Below, in pieces: positions 52,542 to 62,284 of a stretch of 64,000 nucleotides of DNA. Under the pieces are notes generated by a model. It did not search any database. It was not told the DNA's origin and saw only the letters and a program-made list of their open reading frames with translations. This DNA comes from Phycisphaeraceae bacterium (GTDB lineage: Bacteria; Planctomycetota; Phycisphaerae; Phycisphaerales; Zrk34): assembly GCA_040905565.1 (NCBI GenBank), contig JBBDRF010000012.1:1-64000 (forward strand), read 5' to 3'. Position numbers and translations under genes: made by a program. Positions within the stretch are counted from its first letter, which is position 1. Each line of letters opens with the position of its first letter.

Positions 52542-54455
52542 CTACTGCTGAAAGGCGTCGGTGGGGTCGGGCAGGTCGGGGTGCTCGATCCGTGGACCGG
52601 CGCGTTCCAGTCGATCGGCGATCGTGGCGAGATCGAACGTGTCGGCCTGGGGCGCGTGGTTGTCTTCGAGCGTGATGTTCTCTTCAGGCGTGGCGTTGTA
52701 GCGGACAACGGGGGTCTGGTCATCAGGCAGAACGAGGATGTTGTCGCGGACGAGGTTTTCCGCTGCCTGGTGAAATCGGAGGGGAGAGCGACGGGTGTTG
52801 TAGATCACGTTGCGTTCAATCGTGATGGCCTTGGAACCTTCGTCGATGAACATGCCGTTGCTTTCGGCGCGGCCGAGGTTCACGGGGATGTCGTGGATCA
52901 CGTTCTCCCGGAAGACGGCATCGGGCTGCCAGCCGAGCGAGTAGATGCCGCCGCCGTCGGAGAGCACCTGCATGATGTCGTGGATGTGGTTGGCCTCGAT
53001 GAGCGTGCCGCGGCAGGGGGTAGGGGAGGGGTTCCACATCCAGCCGACGGAGATGCCGGTGTAGGGCAGATGGCGTAGGGTATTGTGGCGGATTTCGGTG
53101 TCGGCTGCGAGCCCGACCCACACGCCGACGGCACCGAAGTAGAGCACGCCGGTACGCTGGATGACATTGTCTTCGATGATGTTCGCGGTGGCGGCCTGCT
53201 CGGGCGCCTGCTGATACCAGGTTTGGCCGTTGATCTGACGGTTGCCGGTCTCGCCGATCATGATGCCGTTGCCCGCGACGTCGTCGATCACGTTGCCGAC
53301 GACGCGATTGTTCGAGCACCGGCTGCCGACCCAGATCGCCGATTGCCCAAGCCTGCGCACACTGCTGACTTCGATGGCGCAATGCTCGGCATGTTCGAAA
53401 CTGATGGCGGCAGGGACGAAGTGCCAGCCCGTGTCATCGCCCCGATCGTGCATGCTGGCCTGAACGCCGGCGTAACCGTCGGCCGGCGGTTGCCAGTTCG
53501 CGTGCTCAAATTGGAGGCCTCGAAAGATCAAGCCTTGCACGGGATCATCCGCTTCGCCGCGGACGTGCACCAGCCCGGTGGCGACGGGGGCAACGGCCTG
53601 GATGTTGTCGATCGTCTCGCCCTCTTTTGGGAGGTAAGTGAGCGTGCCGGTTTCAGGATCGAGATACCACTCGCCGGGTGCGGTAAGCAGTGCGGGGTGA
53701 TTCTCAAGATAGTACCGTGGGTGGGCCTCCCAGTTATCCATGTGGAAGAACCCAAGGGACGGCCCGACGGGTGCAGCGGTGTGCAGTCGGTTCTGCTCCC
53801 GGTCGATCATCTTCACCGGCGTCCGGCTGCTCGACCAATCATGAAAGAAAACAAGCTCGACCTGGCTCGCGGAAAGATCGCCCGCGAGTTGCTCGGGGAC
53901 ATCTTCGGGATGGAAGGTAAAGTTGGTGCGTCGATCCTCGCCCACCTGATTCACCTGCGCGAAGCCGGTGCTGGGGTAGCGGGCGCGATTGCGTCGTTCG
54001 CCGTTGACGAACAGTTCACGGAAGGTCCATTCCCCCGCAGCTGCGTCTGGCAACGTGGTTGTGAACGAGCCGTCGTCCTGGCGTTGCCAGCCGGTGATCG
54101 CGCGTCCGCCGCTGATGTGGACCTCCGCCCCGTCGGCGGCTTGCCAGGTGGCGGTATGGCCCTGCGCCGGCGTGTCGGCGGGGGTGAACTGAAGCGGCTC
54201 GGTGAGGCGATACGTCCCTTCGTGCAGGATGACGGCGACGCTGGTCTCCTGCTGCTCCGCGAGATGCTGGCGCACGCGTTTCTGTGCGGCCTGCAGGGTG
54301 CGCAGGGGGGCCTCCGGCGTGCCCGCCGCGGCATCGTCGCCCTGTGGTGCGACGTGCATCGTGAACTCGGCCTCCGCAGCGCCGGCGACCACCGGCAGAC
54401 TGGCGAGCGTGCATAAGACGATACAAATCAGCGTACGCATCGACGCAATGTTCAC
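52542..54455 (-). CDS. Secreted right-handed beta-helix protein (glycoside hydrolase/lyase-like)
   Basis: Signal peptide, HVAPQGDD..GTPEAPLRT, LFVNGERR..ARYP, PGEWY, LPYTGISVGW, DGGGIYSLG. Confidence 0.82.
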   Translation of the reverse strand: MNIASMRTLICIVLCTLASLPVVAGAAEAEFTMHVAPQGDDAAAGTPEAPLRTLQAAQKRVRQHLAEQQETSVAVILHEGTYRLTEPLQFTPADTPAQGHTATWQAADGAEVHISGGRAITGWQRQDDGSFTTTLPDAAAGEWTFRELFVNGERRNRARYPSTGFAQVNQVGEDRRTNFTFHPEDVPEQLAGDLSASQVELVFFHDWSSSRTPVKMIDREQNRLHTAAPVGPSLGFFHMDNWEAHPRYYLENHPALLTAPGEWYLDPETGTLTYLPKEGETIDNIQAVAPVATGLVHVRGEADDPVQGLIFRGLQFEHANWQPPADGYAGVQASMHDRGDDTGWHFVPAAISFEHAEHCAIEVSSVRRLGQSAIWVGSRCSNNRVVGNVIDDVAGNGIMIGETGNRQINGQTWYQQAPEQAATANIIEDNVIQRTGVLYFGAVGVWVGLAADTEIRHNTLRHLPYTGISVGWMWNPSPTPCRGTLIEANHIHDIMQVLSDGGGIYSLGWQPDAVFRENVIHDIPVNLGRAESNGMFIDEGSKAITIERNVIYNTRRSPLRFHQAAENLVRDNILVLPDDQTPVVRYNATPEENITLEDNHAPQADTFDLATIADRLERAGPRIEHPDLPDPTDAFQQ

Positions 54456-54673
54456 GTGTAAAACTCCTGAGACAGAAACAAGTTTCGCCTATCGCCAGCG
54501 GCGACGGTGTCGGTTTATCTTACCACGCTTCGCTGAAATCCCGGAAGATGATGCCGCAGGTCGCTGGCTGGAAGCGACGAGGGAATTCAGCGTGTACCAT
54601 CTTCTGAACGAGCAGGGGGCTCGGAGCGCAGGAGCGAAGCTTGATGCGGGGACAGCACGACACACCCGAGGCA

Positions 54674-55810
54674 ATGGCGGACGCGGCGGACGACTTCGCA
54701 GCGCCGCCGATCGACCCCACGCCGGAACTGAATCGAAAGCAACCCGCACGGCGGATGGCCGGGCTGGATGCGGCACGGGCGATGGCGATCATCGGCATGG
54801 TGATGGTGCACTTCGGCCCGAGCAGTCCGCCGGCTGATAGCTGGCTCAACTGGGCGTACGGTTTGCCGCATGGTCGGGCGTCGCTGCTGTTCGTGCTGCT
54901 GGCGGGCATCGGCCTGACGCTTCTGGCGGGTGACGGTCGTCGTGAACGATGGCGGCTACGCCTGACGTCGCGCGTCTTGATTCTGCTGCCTCTGGGGTTG
55001 TGGCTGCAGCTTATGGATGCCGGGCCGCTCGTTATTCTGCATTATTACGCGATGTTCTTCGTGCTGGCGGTGCCTTTTCTGTTCCTGCGCGATCGTTTCT
55101 TGCTGGTCGCGGCTGCGGTTCTGGCGGTGGCGGGGCCGGTGACGTACCTGCTGATCGGCCGCATCGAACCGACGTGGCTGCTGCGCTTCGATCCCGTGTC
55201 GCTCGGCGATCCGCCCGCACTGATCGCGCGGGAACTGCTGGCGACCGGGTCGTATCCCGCGATGGTGTGGATGGTGCCGTTCCTGTTCGGCATGTGGCTC
55301 GGCCGAAGGCGGCTGCGCGCGACATCAACACGCATCACGCTGCTGATCGGCGGGGCGGCGGGCGTCGCGGTAACGGTGATCGGCGAGCGCTATCTGCCGG
55401 GTAGTCGCGGATGGTGGCAACTGGCGAGCACCGAACCGCACAGCCAGATGGTCTTATGGCTGCTTGGCGGGACGGCCTCGGCGACGGCGATGGTGGGGCT
55501 GTTTCTGCTGATGAGCGATCTGCTGGGCCGCGTCATGTGGCCGTTGGTGGCGATGGGGCAGCTCGCGCTGACGCTATACGTCGGCCATCTGCTCCTGCTC
55601 GCTGCCTCACCGTCGACCTTCAAAACCCATCAGGCGGGCGAGGCGCTGGTGATCGTCGCCGGTTTCGCCCTCAGCGCCGCAGCGTTCGCGACCTTGTGGC
55701 GCGCCTGGTTCTCCCGAGGGCCGCTTGAATGGCTGCTTTACGTCGCCGGCGGCGGATCGTGGAGGGGCGTCTCAGGCGGCGCATGCTGGGACAGATCGCA
55801 CCAGAGGTAG
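54674..55810 (+). CDS. DUF418 / acyltransferase-like integral membrane protein
   Basis: RMAGLDAARAMAIIGM, LFVLLAG, ILHYYA, GQLALTLYVGH, RGPLEW. Confidence 0.8.
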   Translation: MADAADDFAAPPIDPTPELNRKQPARRMAGLDAARAMAIIGMVMVHFGPSSPPADSWLNWAYGLPHGRASLLFVLLAGIGLTLLAGDGRRERWRLRLTSRVLILLPLGLWLQLMDAGPLVILHYYAMFFVLAVPFLFLRDRFLLVAAAVLAVAGPVTYLLIGRIEPTWLLRFDPVSLGDPPALIARELLATGSYPAMVWMVPFLFGMWLGRRRLRATSTRITLLIGGAAGVAVTVIGERYLPGSRGWWQLASTEPHSQMVLWLLGGTASATAMVGLFLLMSDLLGRVMWPLVAMGQLALTLYVGHLLLLAASPSTFKTHQAGEALVIVAGFALSAAAFATLWRAWFSRGPLEWLLYVAGGGSWRGVSGGACWDRSHQR

Positions 55811-56409
55811 GCACGCTGCTCCTGCATCGCTTGATCGTAATAATGATCGCGCACCACGAACCCGTTTCGCTGGGCGACCTTCCATGAAGCCACGTTCGAA
55901 AGCGTGATGCGGGACGACATCCCTTGGAGTCCGCTCTGCTGAAAGTGCTCCAGGGCCCGGCGGCGCAGTGCGGTGCCGATGCCGCAGCCTCGAAAATCCG
56001 GCGAAACCATCGAATAGCCCGCGTGCACGCTTCGCTCGATCCGGTCACGTTCATTGAAGTAGTAGATGCCCATCGCCACGACGCGGCCGCTCTTCGGATC
56101 CACCGCGGTAAGGCAGAGCCTTCGGCCGAGCATCTTCAGCAGCAGCCGTAGCGTGCGATTCAGTTTCTCGCCCTCAGTCATATCGCGATAGAGCAACTCA
56201 ATCTCGCCCAGATGCGACGGCTGCATCGGCCCCACCTGAAGGCCGCAGAGCTCGGTCGCGGTGAACGGGCTGAGTGAGCGCGAACACCAGACGTTGCGGA
56301 CCGTGAAGACGATCGGCCAAAGCGTTCTTGATGCGAGCAGACGGCGAGGAGTGCGGACGAGTCGGCGTGCCACTCTTCGCGGGAACGAACCGGTCGACGG
56401 GGTACTCAT
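55738..56409 (-). CDS. GNAT family N-acetyltransferase
   Basis: VSPDFRGCGIGTAL acetyl-CoA motif A; NVASWKVAQRNGF. Confidence 0.72.
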   Translation of the reverse strand: MSTPSTGSFPRRVARRLVRTPRRLLASRTLWPIVFTVRNVWCSRSLSPFTATELCGLQVGPMQPSHLGEIELLYRDMTEGEKLNRTLRLLLKMLGRRLCLTAVDPKSGRVVAMGIYYFNERDRIERSVHAGYSMVSPDFRGCGIGTALRRRALEHFQQSGLQGMSSRITLSNVASWKVAQRNGFVVRDHYYDQAMQEQRAYLWCDLSQHAPPETPLHDPPPAT

Positions 56410-56704
56410 GTGCTTCCCCCGTGCCGGCACACGGGCCGCGCTCGCGCTGATCCGATGCGCCGCAGCGCCGGGAACCGATTTACCAGATTCGCACGCCTAC
56501 CAGAACTCACTCGATCCCCCTGCTATCTTAAAACAAGTGCTGCGAGCGGGGGCGCTGGGGCACACCCACTCATCTGCACTTGCCGTGCTTTTTGCTCCGC
56601 CCTCTCAGACATGCAATCATTACCTCGTCGAGTCGGCACGGGGATGGGGCGAAAGTCGTGTTCTTGGTCCGGGCTGGTTCCCGGCTGGCCGACGAGCCCC
56701 GACA

Positions 56705-58306
56705 TCAGCGTGCGTACTCGACCGCCCGAATCTCTCGCAGGACCGTCACGCGGACCTCGCCGGGGTAGGTCATCTCCTGCTCCACACGGTTGGCGATATC
56801 GCGCGCCAGTTTGTGGGAGATCGAATCGTCGATCCGCTCGGCGTCGACGATCACACGCACTTCGCGACCGGCCTGGATGGCGTAGGCCTCGCGCACTCCT
56901 TCGAAGTTCGTGGCGATGTCTTCAAGTTGCTCCAGGCGTTTGATGTAACGTTCGAGCGTCTCCCGCCTCGCGCCGGGACGTGCGCCGCTGATGGCGTCGG
57001 CGGCCATGACGATCGGGGTGTAGATCGTGGTCGCCTCGATGTCGCCGTGGTGCCCGCCGATGGCGTTGAGGACCGCTTCCTTCTCGCCGTACTTGCGGGC
57101 GACTTCCATGCCGATCGCCGGGTGTCCGCCTTCGAGTTCGTGGTCGAGCGCCTTGCCGATGTCGTGCAGGAACCCGCAACGCCGTGCGATGGTGCCGTCG
57201 GCGCCCAGCTCGTCGGCGATCACCTGGCAAAGGTAGGCGACCTCCAGCGAGTGACGCAGAATGTTCTGCCCATAGCTGGTGCGGTAGTAAAGCCGGCCCA
57301 TCAGCTCCGAAAGCTTCGGGTGCAGCCCTTGAATGTTGCCCTCGATGCATGCTTCCTTGCCGAAGCGGGTGATCCGCTCGTCCATCTCTTTCTGGACCTT
57401 CTCAACGATCTCCTCGATCCGCGTGGGATGGATGCGACCGTCTTCAATGAGCCTCTGCAACGACTCCGCAGCAATGGCCCGGCGGACGGGATCAAAACAC
57501 GAAACCACCACCACGCCCGGCGTGTCGTCGACGATCACATCAACGCCCGTCGCCTTCTCAAACGCACGGATGTTACGCCCTTCACGCCCGATCACCCGGC
57601 CTTTCATGTCATCTGACGGGATGTCGACAGCAGAGACCGTCGAAGCGGAAGTGTGCTCCGCCGCGTAACGCTGAATCGCCTGCAGCGTGATCTTCAGCGC
57701 CCGCTCCTTCGCTTCCTCTTCCGCCTTGGCCATCTCACGCTGCACCAGCTTGCCGGCCTCGTGCGCGACCTCCTGCTCGATGCGGGCGAGCACCTGCTTA
57801 CGGGCTTCGTCCTCGGAGAGATTCGACATCGCCAGCAAACGCTGACGCTGCTCGGCAAGCACTTCGTCAAGTTCGCCTTCACGGCTGGTGAGCGTCGTCT
57901 GCCGCTTCTTCAGGTCGCCTTCAAGCTTGTCGAGCGTGCGCTCTTTCGTCGCCAGCACATCAAGCTTGCGATCGAGATTGTCTTCCCGCTTGGTGACGCG
58001 GCGTTCGTTTTCCTTCAACTCATTGCGAGCCGTGTTGATTTCCTTGTCGAAAGCTTCGCGGCGTTTGGCCAGTTCGTTGCGGAAATCCAGTTCCAATTGT
58101 TTCTGGAGCGTGCGGGCTTCGTTGCGAGCGGTTTCAAGGATTCGGTCGGCTTCCTCGCGGGAAGAAGCGAGCGTCTTGCCGCCGATCGATTTGACGATCG
58201 CCAGCGTGGCGCCGACGGCGGCGAGGACCGCCAGTAGAAGACTGAGGATGAAAATTCCGACGTTGATTTCCGCCAGCGTCGGCAGAACTACGGAAGAGTG
58301 GGACAT
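56705..58306 (-). CDS. rny: Ribonuclease Y
   Basis: N-terminal TM, coiled coil, KH domain [16 protein letters not shown] domain [33 protein letters not shown]. Confidence 0.97.
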   Translation of the reverse strand: MSHSSVVLPTLAEINVGIFILSLLLAVLAAVGATLAIVKSIGGKTLASSREEADRILETARNEARTLQKQLELDFRNELAKRREAFDKEINTARNELKENERRVTKREDNLDRKLDVLATKERTLDKLEGDLKKRQTTLTSREGELDEVLAEQRQRLLAMSNLSEDEARKQVLARIEQEVAHEAGKLVQREMAKAEEEAKERALKITLQAIQRYAAEHTSASTVSAVDIPSDDMKGRVIGREGRNIRAFEKATGVDVIVDDTPGVVVVSCFDPVRRAIAAESLQRLIEDGRIHPTRIEEIVEKVQKEMDERITRFGKEACIEGNIQGLHPKLSELMGRLYYRTSYGQNILRHSLEVAYLCQVIADELGADGTIARRCGFLHDIGKALDHELEGGHPAIGMEVARKYGEKEAVLNAIGGHHGDIEATTIYTPIVMAADAISGARPGARRETLERYIKRLEQLEDIATNFEGVREAYAIQAGREVRVIVDAERIDDSISHKLARDIANRVEQEMTYPGEVRVTVLREIRAVEYAR

Positions 58307-58559
58307 AAAGCACCCCTTTTATGTAACCGGCCAGGGGGGGAACCCGGGTCGGGCGAAGGGGCGCGTGGGACGTTCGACAGCCTGACGATGGCTCTCAGCG
58401 TCGCATTGAACCGTTACGCATACAACGAACAAATTGCGTGGACACACCGTGACTGCAACAACTGAAATGAGCCCGACCGATTAGTCGGTCGACGCTGCCG
58501 CTGCTGAGGCGAAGGGGCGCATGTCCACTTGCAAACAATGATTTAATAGAACCGATGAT

Positions 58560-58730
58560 GTCAGGTTTGCTTTTCAATCTATTCGTCCCGTGCAGGACGC
58601 CCCTGGAGACCCGGGGCTGTAACGGTTCGCGGCGAGCGTTGCACGGCAGCCCGCACGCGCCGGTTAGGTCAAATCAGGCATGTCCGCGCCGCACGAACGG
58701 CGGCATCAACACGGGCATGCTTTATCCGAG
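58560..58730 (-). ncRNA. Candidate structured RNA (6S/SsrS-like) upstream of rny
   Basis: Minus-strand pairings CCCGTG/CACGGG, GATGCC/GGCGTC and GTTC..GCGGCG/CGCCGC.GAAC; own promoter just upstream. Boundaries are approximate. Confidence 0.35.
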
Positions 58731-58736
58731 ACTACA

Positions 58737-58766
58737 AGTATACCTGACCCGGTGGAAAAAGTTCAA
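58737..58766 (-). promoter_or_regulatory. Sigma70-type promoter TTGAAC-N18-TATACT
   Basis: -35 at 58766-58761 and -10 at 58742-58737 on the minus strand. Confidence 0.6.
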
Positions 58767-58918
58767 ATCCGCCCCTCCCCAGACGCGTCCGCAGCGGGGA
58801 GTCAGAGGCGAGACGGCCGGGTTGGGGAGGCGACAAGTCGATGGTGGACGTTTGGACACGTCGGAAAAGCCCGGCCGCGTCGCTTCCGCTCTCTGGCCCC
58901 GTGCAGCGTTGGCTTGCT

Positions 58919-59458
58919 TTACCTGCGGCGGAGGCGCTGTTTAACACGGTCACGCATGCGACCCGGGGCCGCTGACTGCCGTGCCTGGAACTCGGGCGAT
59001 CCGTTGATTCGAGCCAACTGCTCCGCCGTCAGCACCTGCTTCAGCAGGTCCGTTTCGGAGGGGATCGGCTTCTTCAGGTGTTCACCCAGCTCAACCGCAA
59101 GCGACTGCGCCTTGGCCTCATCGCCTGCTTTAAGGGCCTCGACTGCACGCCGACGCATCGCCGTCGCCTTCTCAGCCCGGGCGGCGAATGCGGCATACCG
59201 CTCACGTATCAACTGCTGAAGCTGCTTACGCTGCCCCACGCTGATATCCATTCGCCTGAGACGCACCTCCAGAGGCAAAGTGCGCCCCGCCCCCACGCGC
59301 CCCCGATGGCCGACCGAGAGGCGCGGCGAGGCCGTTGCGGCGGGACGAACAGGCTCATCTTTGGCTGGGTCGGCATCAGCCCGCTCAGACCGGTCCGCGA
59401 AGGCGGGCAGGGTGAAACAGGCGATGATTGAGGCGGTGAGCCATAAGCGCACGGGCAT
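58919..59458 (-). CDS. Secreted basic helical protein, Spy/CpxP-like
   Basis: Signal peptide ending AFA; ISVGQRKQLQQL and QVLTAEQLAR resemble LTxxQ motifs. Confidence 0.5.
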   Translation of the reverse strand: MPVRLWLTASIIACFTLPAFADRSERADADPAKDEPVRPAATASPRLSVGHRGRVGAGRTLPLEVRLRRMDISVGQRKQLQQLIRERYAAFAARAEKATAMRRRAVEALKAGDEAKAQSLAVELGEHLKKPIPSETDLLKQVLTAEQLARINGSPEFQARQSAAPGRMRDRVKQRLRRR

Positions 59459-59501
59459 AGCGGGTTCCCTTCTCAGCACCAGCGAAGACTGAAAGCAGCG
59501 C

Positions 59502-60023
59502 TCAGGCGGGGTCCTGCTCTTTGGGCTCGTGCTTGTCGACGACTTTCTGAGTGCGTTCGATCCAGCCTTCGAGATCCAAGCCGCCATGGCCGACGAACCG
59601 CTCAAGCTCTTTGCCCTCAGCGTCGATCACCATCGCCGTGGGGTAGCCGCGGATTTTGTAGGCCTGGGCGAGCTGACGGTTCTGCTGCTTCATCTTGTCG
59701 CTTTGCGGCTTCTGGCGCGGGTAATCCAACTCGAGCAGAATCACGTTCTCGTCGGCCCATGCCTTGAACGCGTCTTTGCTGTAGACGTGGTTTTTAAGGG
59801 CCTTGCAGGGCGGGCACCAGTCCGAGCCGGTGAAGTTCACGAGGATCGGCTTGCCCGTTTCTTTCGACTGCGCGAGTGCGTCTTTGTACCAGACGAGCCA
59901 GCCGTTGTTGCGCTCCAGGCTCTCATCCTGCTCCTCGGCAGGAACGGGGAACGCGAAGAGTGCGGTGAGCGCCAGCACGGCCACAGCTATCGCCGAAGAC
60001 GAGAAAGTTCCGAAACGTTTCAT
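59502..60023 (-). CDS. Exported thioredoxin-family protein
   Basis: Signal peptide, FTGSDWCPPC, IRGYPT. Confidence 0.9.
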   Translation of the reverse strand: MKRFGTFSSSAIAVAVLALTALFAFPVPAEEQDESLERNNGWLVWYKDALAQSKETGKPILVNFTGSDWCPPCKALKNHVYSKDAFKAWADENVILLELDYPRQKPQSDKMKQQNRQLAQAYKIRGYPTAMVIDAEGKELERFVGHGGLDLEGWIERTQKVVDKHEPKEQDPA

Positions 60024-60308
60024 GATTGAGCTACCTTAAAAGGGGGTCCGAGGATTTGTGAGTATAGTGCGCCACCTCGCGGGGCGACGCAACGCGAATG
60101 ATAAAATCTGATTTCAGATTGACACTTGGCGCACAGTTGGGCATGGTATCCTTAACAAGCATCGACGACTTTGTGGCAACGTCTCGAGGAGCGAGGTTGC
60201 GACCAACCGTTGATGGTCAGTAAGATGGTGAGGTTCCAGGACGCGTAGCTGTTGGTTTTGTACGGACGCGGAAAACGGGTCATCCGCACCTTCGACGATG
60301 GAGTAGTC

Positions 60309-62123
60309 ATGGCGCGAAGTCGCAAGAAGCTCGGAGAATACCTGCTGCGGTGGGGCGTGGTCACCGAAGAGCAAATGAAGGAAGCGTTGAAGGTGCACAA
60401 GGGCACCGGCAAACGCATCGGCGAAGTGCTCGTCGAACTCGGCCATGCCAGCGAGGACGACGTGGCCAAGGCGCTGGCAACGCAGTTCGATCTGGAATAC
60501 ATCGATCTCGACGAGCAGCAGACGTTGCGGCAGAGCGTCGACCTCATGCCCCGCGACCTGATCAAGAAGTACCTCGTGCTTCCGGTCGACAAGGTCAACG
60601 GTCGGCTCAAGGTCGTCGTTCACGATCCGATGGACCTGGAGCTGATGGACGTGCTGCGGTTTCGGATGAACACCGAAATCGATATCGCCCTCTCCTCGCG
60701 TGCCAAGATCAAGGAATACATCGACACGCTGCTGAGCGAAACGCAGGCTTCGATCGACGAAGCGGTGCGGCAGCTGACCATCGACCGCGGCATGAGTATG
60801 GACCGTGGGATGAGCATGGACCGCGGCATGAGTATGGACCGCGGGATGAGCATGGACCGCGGTGCCAGCATGGACCGCGGCATGAGCATCGACCAGGAGG
60901 CCGGTGCCGAAGAAGAAGAAAGCCAGGCTCCCGTTGTCCGCCTCGTGCAAAAGATCATTCACGAAGCCGTGGTGCAGCGGGCGTCGGATATTCACGTCGA
61001 GCCGATGGTCGACCGTGTCCGCCTGCGCTACCGCGTGGACGGCGTCTGTCATCAGCGTGATAACATCCCTAAGCGCACGCAAGGTGCGATGATCACGCGT
61101 TTGAAGATCATGGCGGGGATGAAGATCGACGAACGCCGCGTCCCGCAGGACGGCCGCATCAAGTTGCGCGTCGAAGGCCAACAGATCGATTTCCGTGTCT
61201 CCGCATGCCCGGCCTACCATGGCGAATCCATCGTGCTGCGTATTCTTCGCCCCGACTCGGTCCGCATCGGCCTGAGGCAGTTGGGCTTCGAAGCCGACAC
61301 GCTGGAGGTCTTCCACAAGGCAATTCGTCGGCCCAACGGCATCTTCCTCGTCACCGGCCCCACCGGTTCGGGCAAGACGACGACGCTCTACTCGGCACTC
61401 GACGAACTGAACCGCCCGGACCGCAAGATCATCACCGCGGAAGACCCCGTCGAATACAACTTCAACGGCATCAACCAGTGCCAGATCCGCGAATCGATCG
61501 GCCTCGGCTTCCCCAACGTCCTCCGGGCCATGCTCAGGCAGGCGCCGAACATCATCCTTGTCGGCGAAATTCGTGATAAGGAAGTGGCCGACGTGGCGAT
61601 CCAGGCCGCCCTCACGGGCCACCTCGTGTTCTCCACGCTCCATACCAACGACGCGCCCGGCGCTATCACGCGACTGATCGACATGGGCGTTAAGCCGTTC
61701 CTCGTGGCCAGTTCCATCCAGGCGGTCATGGCCCAGCGGCTCATCCGCATCCTCTGCGACGAATGCAAGGTGCCCGATGAGAAGCCGAACCGTTTCGAGA
61801 TGAAGCTCATCGGGCTCACCGACCAGGACGCCAAGGACCACACGTTCTACAAAGCCGGCGGCTGCCCTGCGTGCTCGAACACCGGGTACCGTGGCCGAAA
61901 AGGCATCTACGAATACATGCCGATGAACAGCGAACTACGCGAGCTGGCGTTCAAGCGAGCTCCCGCCACGCAGCTGAGGCAGGCGGCGGTAGCATCAGGC
62001 ATGCGAACGCTCGCCGGCGACGGGCGGCTCAAGGTGATGCACGGCATGACCAGCGTGGCCGAAATCTCCCGCGTCGCCCAGGTAGAAGGAATGGTCGAGA
62101 CCGAAGAAGAAGAAGGACTCTGA
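60309..62123 (+). CDS. pilB: Type IV pilus assembly ATPase PilB/GspE with MshEN-like N-terminus
   Basis: KLGEYLL..G / RIGEVLVELG, ASDIHVEP, PQDGRI, VTGPTGSGKTTTL, TAEDPVEY, LVGEIRD, STLHTND, C..C/C..C zinc site. Confidence 0.9.
   Translation: MARSRKKLGEYLLRWGVVTEEQMKEALKVHKGTGKRIGEVLVELGHASEDDVAKALATQFDLEYIDLDEQQTLRQSVDLMPRDLIKKYLVLPVDKVNGRLKVVVHDPMDLELMDVLRFRMNTEIDIALSSRAKIKEYIDTLLSETQASIDEAVRQLTIDRGMSMDRGMSMDRGMSMDRGMSMDRGASMDRGMSIDQEAGAEEEESQAPVVRLVQKIIHEAVVQRASDIHVEPMVDRVRLRYRVDGVCHQRDNIPKRTQGAMITRLKIMAGMKIDERRVPQDGRIKLRVEGQQIDFRVSACPAYHGESIVLRILRPDSVRIGLRQLGFEADTLEVFHKAIRRPNGIFLVTGPTGSGKTTTLYSALDELNRPDRKIITAEDPVEYNFNGINQCQIRESIGLGFPNVLRAMLRQAPNIILVGEIRDKEVADVAIQAALTGHLVFSTLHTNDAPGAITRLIDMGVKPFLVASSIQAVMAQRLIRILCDECKVPDEKPNRFEMKLIGLTDQDAKDHTFYKAGGCPACSNTGYRGRKGIYEYMPMNSELRELAFKRAPATQLRQAAVASGMRTLAGDGRLKVMHGMTSVAEISRVAQVEGMVETEEEEGL
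60783..60890 (+). repeat. 18-nt tandem repeat x6 encoding (DRGMSM)n
   Basis: GACCGCGGCATGAGTATG and synonymous variants at 60783, 60801, 60819, 60837, 60855 and 60873. Confidence 0.95.
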
Positions 62124-62284
62124 GCCACCCTACAATCGTTTCGAACTGAAAGAAGACGGCAGCCGCCCGAGCGTATCACGCCCGACGGCTGGTATAGAGG
62201 CGAGACGGAGCGGTCTACACGCGTGCAGCAAAAACGTCCTGCTAAAACGTCCACCGCCCGTCACGTTTCTGAGGAATAAGTTAG

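Noticed and set aside
58395..58944. Small ORFs upstream of rny
   Set aside because: No RBS or motif support; the region is better explained as promoter plus structured RNA
60783..60890. Possible CRISPR or non-coding repeat
   Set aside because: In-frame 18-nt coding repeat with synonymous variation and no spacers
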